Position numbers and translations under genes: made by a program. Under the pieces are notes generated by a model that saw only the letters and a program-made list of their open reading frames with translations, was not told the DNA's origin and searched no databases. Below, in pieces: positions 39,194 to 47,900 of a stretch of DNA of 64,000 bases; the stretch's first letter is position 1, and each line of letters begins with the position of its first letter. This DNA comes from Deltaproteobacteria bacterium (GTDB lineage: Bacteria > Desulfobacterota > Binatia > Bin18), in the NCBI GenBank assembly GCA_016874775.1, contig VGTJ01000002.1, forward strand, positions 8,700 to 72,699, written 5' to 3'.

Positions 39194-40267
39194 ATGCGGT
39201 CACCCGCACGTTGGTATGTTATCGCTACCATATTAGTAGCTCTGGTCAACATCGCGTATTACGATCACTATACGGCACACTTGGTCGGGCCGCCGTCGGG
39301 CCGCACGTTTGAAGGGCTCGTTCTGGGGAATCTCGGGTTTGCGGCCATGATCGGTGCGCTGCTGTATAGTGTCCGCCGTCGCTTTCTCAGTCGCGCAATG
39401 AACGCGATCCGCGTTGATCCAGATGTACGACGGAAGATTAAAGAAGGCGAGCGCACCGCACTTGAACAGCTGCAAAACTTGCAACGCCAGGTCATGCAGA
39501 ATGCCTCACTGACGGTTTCCGCAGTTCGTCGTCAAGCGAGCGCCATCCTGCGACAAACCGGGATGAAACGTTTTCTCTATGCCCAAGTGGATGCCGGTCC
39601 AGGCGGACGTGGTGTACGGTTGGCCATTGGTCGACGCGAGTGGGGAGGCCGTTTACAGACCTGGTATTACTGGCACTTGATGCTTGGCCTCCTCTCGATC
39701 TTGCTCATTCTGACGCACGCGGGTTTTCGTTTCGGTAATCTGGTCGCCGTCCTCGCTCTCATCTGCCTGATTGGCGTCGTAGCGACAGGGACTTGGGGCT
39801 ACATCATTTATCAACTTGTTCCCACGGCCTTGACCAAGGTGGAAGAACGAGTCGAAAAAACGCCAGAAGAGTTGCGCGATGAGTTACAAGAAGTGACCCA
39901 AGAGTTAGAAACGATTATCCAAGGCAAATCCCAACTGTTCAATGAAATCTATCAACAGGAAACCGCTATCCCTGGGGTGAGTCTCAAGCCATCGTGGCGT
40001 TGGTTGTGGGCACCAGCAGAAATTGCCCGCGATACGACCCGTCCGGATCGTCTACGTCTGATCGTCAAAGAAATTCCCGGCACCGAACAAGAAGATTTCC
40101 GCCAGATGGTGCGGTTACTCTTCCAGAAAGAGAAACTTGAAGTCTCACTTTACCCGCAGTTGCGGTACGACTATCTGCTGAAGATCTGGCTCAGTTTGCA
40201 TATTCCGTTAACCGCTGGGCTGATGATCTTTTCACTCATTCACATTGTCTCGATCCTCTACTACTAA
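39194..40267 (+). CDS. polytopic membrane protein with two H-x13-H transmembrane pairs, candidate di-haem b-type cytochrome
   Basis: Four or five hydrophobic helices are visible. Helix 3 reads WHLMLGLLSILLILTH and helix 5 reads LHIPLTAGLMIFSLIH. Each has His-x13-His, the spacing that ligates two b haems in a four-helix bundle (as in cytochrome b of the bc1 complex). Helix 1 ends with HYTAH. A ~90-aa cytoplasmic coiled region lies between helices. Confidence 0.5.
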   Translation: MRSPARWYVIATILVALVNIAYYDHYTAHLVGPPSGRTFEGLVLGNLGFAAMIGALLYSVRRRFLSRAMNAIRVDPDVRRKIKEGERTALEQLQNLQRQVMQNASLTVSAVRRQASAILRQTGMKRFLYAQVDAGPGGRGVRLAIGRREWGGRLQTWYYWHLMLGLLSILLILTHAGFRFGNLVAVLALICLIGVVATGTWGYIIYQLVPTALTKVEERVEKTPEELRDELQEVTQELETIIQGKSQLFNEIYQQETAIPGVSLKPSWRWLWAPAEIARDTTRPDRLRLIVKEIPGTEQEDFRQMVRLLFQKEKLEVSLYPQLRYDYLLKIWLSLHIPLTAGLMIFSLIHIVSILYY

Positions 40268-40287
40268 ACGCAGAAGGAATAGCGGCC

Positions 40288-43200
40288 ATGATCAAGCTCA
40301 CGGTACAGACCGGAACAGAAACAGGGAAAGAGATCTCCCCCTCAAGCGATCCGATTATTCTCGGACGGAGTAGCACCTGTACGGTCGTGCTCCATGATGC
40401 CGCAGTGTCTCGTCGCCATTCCAGCATTGAACGGCGCGGTAACGACTATATCTTGACCGATCTCCAAAGTGGCAACGGGACGTTTGTCAACTCACAAGGA
40501 ACGCGCATTACCGAGCCCTATACGCTGAAAGACGGCGATGAAATCCTCATCGGGAAAAGTCGTATCCGTGTAGACCTGTCGCTGCAGTCGCAGGAAAGTC
40601 CGGGGCCGCGCAACACTGCCAGTGCAGGACAACCCGCGGCTGCGACAGACGAATCCACTCGTATTGCCCAAGCACCGCCACCGGTCAGCCCAACCCCACC
40701 GGTCAGTCCAACGCCGCCGACTGCAACGGACGGTCTCAATGCCGTTCATCAACCAGACGTGCCGATCGTTGTGACTATCGTTGGTGGCCCAAACCGCGGC
40801 ATGGTTTACTCTCCGGCACGAGAGGTTATTTCCATCGGTCGTGCAACAACATGTGACATTGCCGTCAATGACTCTACCGCTTCTCGGGTGCATGCCACGA
40901 TTAAGCGGGAGGCAGGGAAATACCGCCTGTATGATAACAATAGTGTCAATGGTGTGTATTTAAGCACCCCGCAAACTCGCGTCTATCAAACCGACCTCGC
41001 TGATGGAGATACATTTTTCGTTGGCCAGAACCAATTTCGCGTCGAAATCCATCTTACGCATCCCCCTGTATCCTTAGAAGTTGGCAGTGAAGAAGCCATG
41101 CGCATTACTGGAACCGTCGGCGGCAAAAACTTTACTTTCACCCTGAGCGCGCTCAGCGGCGGCACACGAGCAACGCAGATAGTGCCAACCGATGAAGCAA
41201 CTCGCGTTGCGATGGCACAAAGCAGTACCCCACCTCTTGATGAAGCAACCCGTTTTGTTAGGCAACCTGCGGTTCCACCAAAGCAACCGACGAGCGCGGC
41301 TCCGGCTGGTCCTAAAATTTCCCTACGGGTGATCGAAGGAGCAGATCAAGGGACGGTTTTCACTCCTCTTCCTGGTGTGGAACGTTACACCATCGGTCGT
41401 GGCGAACAAGCAACGTTTCGTCTGCAAGATCGCGGAGCATCACGTATTCACTGCGCAATCGAGATTTCCCCCGCTGGGTTTTTCCTAGTCGATGATGGAA
41501 GCCTGAACGGGACGTTTATCGGACAGAACACCGAGCGTATTACTCGTGTGGCTCTCAAGGGCGGCGAAGAAGTCTTGCTGGCAGACACTCGGTTCAAGGT
41601 TGAGATCACCCTTCCTGAAGGTGCCGCAGCCGCCGCTGAGGGTGCCGATGAAAAGACCTCGTATGTTCCCTATCATGCGCCAACTCCACCAGCCGCAACA
41701 CCGGATGCACCAGTACCTGTGGTCGTTGAGCAGCCCGCCACCGAGAATGTCAGGTCACGTTCGGCGGCGTTCAAAGATCGTTTAGCTATTATCGCTCGGC
41801 AAAGTGGAGTGACGTTACGACCGTTCACAGTTCCCGGCACTCCTCGACAGTGGGCCACATTTGCCTTGATGTTGGTTGCAGCCCTGAGTTCGTATGGCTT
41901 CGCGGTGCTCGGACGGTCTGACTATTTTGCCGGTGGTCCAATTTCAGAAAGTCACGCCAAGCTAGAGAACGGCACCTTTGAACAGCGCTGTACAGCGTGC
42001 CATCCCACTTGGGGTCTTCAACCAGTCAATGCCACCTGCGCCGCCACGGACTGTCACGCTGATGTATTGAAAGTGAGAGACGACCGGCGTGACGATTGCG
42101 TCAGTTGTCATACTGAACACCGAGGCCGGACCTTCGCGATCAAAGGCGGAAAAGAGCAATGTTGGAGTTGTCATGAAGCAGGCATGAACGTCCGTGCGTA
42201 TGCCTCACGTCCGATGGGAGTGTATCACACGCAAGTCTTTTCTGTCGCTGAACAGCTGATCCCACAACCCGGAAAAGTGCCGACGCAAGGGATACAACCG
42301 GCAGCACTCTCCACCGCACGAGAGACCTGGCAGAAAGATTTCTCTGCGCAGCCGACTGGGCTCAAGTATGCACACGCTCTCCACAGCGCGCAGGTGTTAG
42401 AGAAAAACAAGAAGCAGGAGCAATGTTTGGATTGCCACGTCAAGTTATTAGACGGGCAGTTTGCGCCATTCCCCACACATGCTCAGTGTATCGATTGTCA
42501 CAAAGAGGTTGCCAACGTCGATCCCCAGATCGCCAAGAAGAGCGCCTCGAAAGATTGTGAGTTGTGCCACACCCAGGCCGACGGGGGTGTGACCCATGTC
42601 GCACGAAATATCAACTACGTCGTCTTTCAGCATAACGATCATGGGCAAATGCGCTGTGTTCAGTGTCATGCGGTTGTGACAAGCGAGACTGAGTATCGCC
42701 CGGTCCTCCGCTCTTCAGCAGCATATCCGATGCCGATGGACGCCTGCTATTCGTGTCATGAAGAGAAGAAAGTAACGATCGCCTGCTTAGATTGCCATCG
42801 ACAACATCACAGTTATCCATCGACGACCGAATTGGCTTGGGGTTGGTTTGGTGGTCTGTCATTGAACGGCGTGCTTCTTTCTATGCTTGGACTCGTAGGT
42901 GCGACCGGTGCCTATATCTACGCAGACATGCGCCTCGCTCGACGATGGCTGGCGTCATTAGAAACGGCTACGCCACCCCCCGCAAACGAAGCGGCACCAG
43001 CAGCAGCAGGACACGACGGGCATGAGGGAGAAGCGGCACCAGCAGCAGCGGCACCAGCAGCGGCGATCCCACCACCTACTCCGAGTAGTGAGGGAGCCCT
43101 GTACCCCTATCCGACAATTGACTCCGACGCCTGTCTGCCATGCGGTACCTGTTATGACTCATGTCCCGGAAAAGTACTGGCACTGTCTCCAGCGACACAC

Positions 43201-44280
43201 AAGGCTGCGGTTGTCACTCCTGGTGCATGTCGGTCACTCACCGAAGGCTGTACCATTTGTCATGAGAACTGCCCGACCGGCGCGATCCGTATCTCGCCTG
43301 TGCCGATCGTCAGAAAATCTGAACGACCGGATATTGACCCCAACAGCGAAAGTCACAATGTTCCGGGCATCTTTTTGGGCGGAGAAATTCTGGGCAACGC
43401 TCTCATCAAAAAGGTCGTCAATCAGGGCGGACAAATTGTTCGTTACATCGATACTCGTAAACCGCGGATTCCTGAAGCCCAGTACGACGTTATCATCGTC
43501 GGTGCTGGTCCTTGTGGACTCGCTGCCGGTCTCGAAGCCAAACAACGTGGTCTTCGGTACGTGGTGCTTGAACGCGAGAGTTTGGCGAATACGATCCAGA
43601 ACTACCCACGAGATAAAGCCGTGCTCGCCGAACCAGTGCAGATGGCAGTCTACGGCTTGTTACCGATGAAAGATGCAACCAAGGAAGACCTCGTCGCACT
43701 GTGGGAAGACATTGTCCGCAAGGAAAGCTTGCACGTGAATACCCACGAAGAGGTCAGCGAAGTCAAGAAGAACGGCAACGTGATAACCGTCACCACGAAT
43801 AAAGGCACCTATCAGACCGGGTATGTGATTCTCGCCTTAGGTGCGCGGGGCAACCCTCGCAAACTCGGTGCAGCGGGTGAGGATCTTCCTAAAGTATCGT
43901 ATAACCTCAACGACCCTGCAGAATGGCAAGGGAAGCACGTGCTGGCCGTCGGTGGCGGTGACAGCGCCATTGAGGCGGCAGTAGCGATCTCCAAACAGCC
44001 AGGGGCCACGGCGACAATCTCGTATAGAAGCGGGGCTTTCTCGCGCGCGGCAGCACGAAACGTCGAAGCCATTAAAGAACAAGAAAAAGCCGGAAAACTG
44101 AAAGTGTTATTGAATTCTAACGTCACAAAAATCGAAGAGAAACGGGTCTCAATCAAAGCAGGGAACGAAGTCCACGAACTCGACAATGACGCCGTGTTTG
44201 TCCTCATCGGTGCTGATCCACCAAAGGCCTGGCTGGAAAAAATGGGGATAAAATACGTGATTGTTGAGAAAACGATCTAA
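40288..44280 (+). CDS. 1330-aa multidomain fusion protein: three FHA domains, TM helix, periplasmic ~10-haem cytochrome c, TM helix, 2x[4Fe-4S] ferredoxin, FAD/NAD(P)-binding pyridine-nucleotide oxidoreductase
   Basis: The three FHA domains are ILGRSSTCTVVL...SRRHSSI...NGTFVN, ISIGRATTCDIAV...SRVHATI...SVNGVYL and YTIGRGEQATFRL...SRIHCAI...SLNGTFIG. Pro-rich linkers join them (PPVSPTPPVSPTPP). TM1 is WATFALMLVAALSSYGFAVLG. Nine CxxCH motifs plus one Cx4CH (CAATDCH) follow. TM2 is GLSLNGVLLSMLGLVGATGAYIYA. Then come CLPCGTCYDSCP plus C...CTICHENCP, then YDVIIVGAGPCGLAAG and VLAVGGGDSAIEAA Rossmann motifs. The reading frame is uninterrupted throughout. Confidence 0.8.
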   Translation: MIKLTVQTGTETGKEISPSSDPIILGRSSTCTVVLHDAAVSRRHSSIERRGNDYILTDLQSGNGTFVNSQGTRITEPYTLKDGDEILIGKSRIRVDLSLQSQESPGPRNTASAGQPAAATDESTRIAQAPPPVSPTPPVSPTPPTATDGLNAVHQPDVPIVVTIVGGPNRGMVYSPAREVISIGRATTCDIAVNDSTASRVHATIKREAGKYRLYDNNSVNGVYLSTPQTRVYQTDLADGDTFFVGQNQFRVEIHLTHPPVSLEVGSEEAMRITGTVGGKNFTFTLSALSGGTRATQIVPTDEATRVAMAQSSTPPLDEATRFVRQPAVPPKQPTSAAPAGPKISLRVIEGADQGTVFTPLPGVERYTIGRGEQATFRLQDRGASRIHCAIEISPAGFFLVDDGSLNGTFIGQNTERITRVALKGGEEVLLADTRFKVEITLPEGAAAAAEGADEKTSYVPYHAPTPPAATPDAPVPVVVEQPATENVRSRSAAFKDRLAIIARQSGVTLRPFTVPGTPRQWATFALMLVAALSSYGFAVLGRSDYFAGGPISESHAKLENGTFEQRCTACHPTWGLQPVNATCAATDCHADVLKVRDDRRDDCVSCHTEHRGRTFAIKGGKEQCWSCHEAGMNVRAYASRPMGVYHTQVFSVAEQLIPQPGKVPTQGIQPAALSTARETWQKDFSAQPTGLKYAHALHSAQVLEKNKKQEQCLDCHVKLLDGQFAPFPTHAQCIDCHKEVANVDPQIAKKSASKDCELCHTQADGGVTHVARNINYVVFQHNDHGQMRCVQCHAVVTSETEYRPVLRSSAAYPMPMDACYSCHEEKKVTIACLDCHRQHHSYPSTTELAWGWFGGLSLNGVLLSMLGLVGATGAYIYADMRLARRWLASLETATPPPANEAAPAAAGHDGHEGEAAPAAAAPAAAIPPPTPSSEGALYPYPTIDSDACLPCGTCYDSCPGKVLALSPATHKAAVVTPGACRSLTEGCTICHENCPTGAIRISPVPIVRKSERPDIDPNSESHNVPGIFLGGEILGNALIKKVVNQGGQIVRYIDTRKPRIPEAQYDVIIVGAGPCGLAAGLEAKQRGLRYVVLERESLANTIQNYPRDKAVLAEPVQMAVYGLLPMKDATKEDLVALWEDIVRKESLHVNTHEEVSEVKKNGNVITVTTNKGTYQTGYVILALGARGNPRKLGAAGEDLPKVSYNLNDPAEWQGKHVLAVGGGDSAIEAAVAISKQPGATATISYRSGAFSRAAARNVEAIKEQEKAGKLKVLLNSNVTKIEEKRVSIKAGNEVHELDNDAVFVLIGADPPKAWLEKMGIKYVIVEKTI

Positions 44281-44309
44281 GGCCTCGCCACCTCCCCCGT
44301 ACAAATGCC

Positions 44310-44337
44310 GTAGGGACGTCGCAGACGACGCCCCTAC
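44310..44337 (+). terminator. GC-rich hairpin downstream of the fusion gene, possible terminator lacking a U-tract
   Basis: GTAGGGACGTCG-caga-CGACGCCCCTAC begins 30 nt after the stop at 44280. The stem is 12 bp with one mismatch. Confidence 0.35.
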
Positions 44338-44421
44338 AGTACCCACCGTCTGACAATAAAATACTTCTAGAATAGGCCGATAAAGTAGGGTACAGTAATT
44401 TGCAGTACAAAGAGGTATCGT

Positions 44422-44919
44422 ATGAACCTGTACCGGATCGCCACTCTTGTTATCGTGCCGTGGTTGGGCCTTTTGACAGCGACATCCTCTTCGTTCGGGG
44501 AAACATCACAGCCTGCTACGGTTATTGCAGCCTCACCAGAACAGGCCCAACAACAAGCTCCATTATTCACCTTTTTGCAGGGCTATTTCTCGTCGTTAGC
44601 CCAAGGCGAGGTGAATAAACTGGCCCAGTACCACCCCACCCTGACGACAGAGCAACTTTCTACTTTGCAAGGCTATTTTTCTCACACGATTCGTGACTTA
44701 CACATCGATGTGCGCAATGTACAAGTCCAGCTCACGGCGAATACCGCTACGGTCTCGTTTTTCCGCACCGATCGTTTTATTGATCGCCTCACAGAACGAC
44801 AGATCGAAAAGAGTATTCAATTGTCGACTGTTCTTGAATATGGTGCAAATGGGTGGCGGCTCGGCGGCCTTGATCAGGTCGCGTTTGCCTTAGTGCCGCG
44901 CACCACTCAGGCGGGGTAG
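44422..44919 (+). CDS. small secreted NTF2-like/SnoaL-like protein, paralogous to the C-terminal domain of the adjacent Ser/Thr kinase
   Basis: The signal peptide is MNLYRIATLVIVPWLGLLTATSS. The core LQGYFSHTIRDLHIDVRNVQVQLTANTATVSFFRTDRFIDR resembles the kinase C-terminus LEGYKSYSVSFRDVSVRNEGNRAVVRFIRVDTIDGK. Confidence 0.5.
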   Translation: MNLYRIATLVIVPWLGLLTATSSSFGETSQPATVIAASPEQAQQQAPLFTFLQGYFSSLAQGEVNKLAQYHPTLTTEQLSTLQGYFSHTIRDLHIDVRNVQVQLTANTATVSFFRTDRFIDRLTERQIEKSIQLSTVLEYGANGWRLGGLDQVAFALVPRTTQAG

Positions 44920-44929
44920 ACAAAAAAGC

Positions 44930-47900
44930 CTATCGCGTGCGAGCAACACGCCCGCCATTACTTTTTTCTAACTTGACTTCTTTCGGTGGCAGGGCAAGAG
45001 TCTTGCCATCTATCGTGTCAACTCGGATGAAGCGGACCACCGCACGGTTCCCTTCGTTGCGGACGCTCACATCCCGGAACGATACACTGTAGCTTTTGTA
45101 CCCCTCCAGGATCCCACGAAGTCTGGTCGCGTCCTGTGCTGAGATTTCGCCGAGCTGCACCAGGGCATCCGTATTTTTGTTTTCCCATGCCGGGCGATAG
45201 ATGGTTTCCAGCCAGTTCATGGCTTCTCTATCACTGGGAGGTCCGGCTTCCTTTGCCCGTTCAGTTTCTTCGCGTTGGACCTTCGCCAATCGTTCCTCTT
45301 CCGCCAGTCTCGCGGCTTCTGCTTTCCGCCGCTCTTCCTCTGCAGCTCTCTGGCGAACGGCCTCTTCTGCTCTGCGCCGTTCCTCTTCCGCTCGTGCAGT
45401 TTTCTCTTGTTCAGCTCTCAAGCGCTCAGCTTCTGCCTTTGCTGCCTTCTCTTGTTCCGCTTTCAACCGATCGGCCTCCGCCTTTGCCGCTTTCTCTTGA
45501 TCCGCCTTGAGCTTTTCAGCTTTGGCTTGTTCGGCTTTCACACGATCGGCTTCCGCTTTTGCCGCCTTTTCTTGTTCAGCTTTGAGTCGTTCCGCCTCGG
45601 CCCGTAGGGTCTTTTCTTGTTCAGCTTTTAGGCGGTCAGCTTCCGCTTTTGCCGCTTTCTCTTGGTCCGCCTTAAGCTTCTCAGCTTTGGCTTGTTCGGC
45701 TTTCACACGATCGGCTTCCGCTTTTGCTGCTTCCGCCTTTCGCCGATCTTCCTCTGCTTTCTGAGCTTTGGCTACTTCTTCAGCTTTGCGGCGATCGTCT
45801 TCTGCCTTTTGGGATTTAGCTACCTCCTCGGCCTTACGACGTTCTTCCTCTGCTTTCAATTGGTCGGCTTTGGCTTGTTCAGCTTTCAGACGCGCCTCTT
45901 CTTCTTGTGCTGCATTCGCTTGGGCGGCCTTTCGGGCTTCTTCCTCCTGCGCCTGCTGAGTCGACGGTTTCTGCGGGTTAACTGACTCTCCTCCTCGGCT
46001 GAAATAAAACCCTAAGGCAGCAACAACGACAAACGCGGCGATACCTGCGACAACTGGCGAAGATTGACGCGCAGGAGAAGGGGCATCCACGGGAACGGGA
46101 CGACTGGTACGCTCGCCTTCCGTTGTTGGCCCCTGATCAAGCAGCGGATGGACTTCTGTTTCTTGCTGCTGCAATGCGGAGAGAAGTGCAGAGGCTTCAT
46201 TATAGCTCGCGAGCGCTTGTGGGTAGCGTTTTTGCTGAAACGACTGATCGCCTGTAGTGATAAACTTCTCAGCTGACTTTTTCTGTTTCCCTTTCGCAGT
46301 CTGCGTTTGTTGTCGCAGCTCGTACGCGCGAGTTCTTGCACCCTCGGCTTCATGCTTTTGCCATGCAACCTCAGACTCTTGGCGAATCTGTTTCCAGCGC
46401 GAAACATTACGGTCAAACTGGTCTCGTGCCGCATCAAACTTTTCGTCGGCAAGCGCCTGCTCTGCCTTATGCAACTCAGACATCGCCTCGACATGTTGAC
46501 CAGGAAGAAATTCTTCACTCCTGACCGCCTGGGCCTCTGCCTGGGCTGCAACGGCCCGTTTCTGCGACTCTGTCGCGGCTTGCTTCGCTCGGGCAAGCCG
46601 GGCAATTCCCAATGCCTGACCAAACAACTCTCCTGCTTGCGCTGAGAGCGTAACCGATTCCTCGAATTGCTTTGCAGCTAACGCAGCCTCCGCCTGCTCT
46701 CGCACTTCCTGTGCTTGTCGATAGAGGTCTGCAGCATATTGTGGAGCATGCACGGCGTCAGCTTCGCGTTGACGTCCTTTCGCTTCTTGATTAGCCAAGA
46801 GGGCACGTTGCTGCTGCTCCTCTACTTCAGCTTCAGCTTGCGCGTACTCATAGATCTGTGCAGCCTGCGCATAATGCGCGCGGGCTTGCTCATACGCCTG
46901 TGCCTGCCACGCTTTCTCACCTTCGGTCTCGGAGGTTTGCGCTTCTTTCCACCGGGCTGCGGCAAAACGAGGAGCTAGGGTGCTGGCCGCTTGTTTTGCC
47001 TGTGCGGCTTGCTGCCGCACAACATCGGCCTCTTCCTGAGCAATTTGTTGCTGCACCGCCTGAACGAGCTTGATAAACTGTTGTTGCGCTTGTTCGTAAT
47101 TCTGGCGGGCTGTAGTGAAGTCATCTTTTTTTTGCGCAGCCTGGCCACGTTCGAAAAGTCCTCGAACCTGAGCAAACTCGCGCGGGAAACGTTGCTCGGC
47201 AGAACTCTGGGTTGCGGCAGATCCTGCTTCTTCTGCACGTTGCAGAGCAGCAAGCATTTCCTGCTTAGCGTACTCATGCTGTGCCGTACCCTTCGCCTGC
47301 ACAAAGAGTTCTTCTGCGTGGCGATACTCACGTGTAGCTTGACTAAATTTTTGCTGTCGTTGGTGGCGACTCGCTTCATCGAGAGCCGCCGCCGCCTGGT
47401 TAAAATCCGTGGCCGCATAGCGTGGGGCATCAACTTCTTCGGCTTGCTTCTTCGCAGTACCAGCCTGTTTTTCTGCCGCAGCGGTTTCTTGTCGGAGTCG
47501 TTCCTGTTCTCCTGCTGTCGCTGCCGTCGTGTATAACTGCGCCGTCTGTGTGTACTGCGCCAGTGCGTTTTCGTAGTCTTGGTCTGAGAACGCTCGCTCG
47601 GCATCGGCTTCTTGCTTCTGCGCGGCCTCCCATTGTGCGTTGGCCCATTGTTTCAGCTCACTCGCGTTCTCTTTCGCCTGCAGCATCTGTTGGCGCGCCG
47701 CTGCAGCGTCTTCGCGTGCAGCCTCAACGTCTGCGTCACGACGAAGACGCAACAGTTGCTGACGAGCCTGTTCGTATAAATCACTCGCTTGGGAGAAGTC
47801 TTGTTGTGTTTCCGCTTGTTGTCCCCGGACAACTACCTGTTGAGCACGAGCAAACTCTTGTGCGAAGCGTGAGTGGACTGCCGCTTCAGTGGCTGCAACC

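Noticed and set aside
45260-45960. Possible CRISPR-like array suggested by regular direct repeats
   Set aside because: The repeats are protein-coding (K/E/A heptad-like), in frame within the kinase ORF, and have no unique spacers. This is not a CRISPR array.
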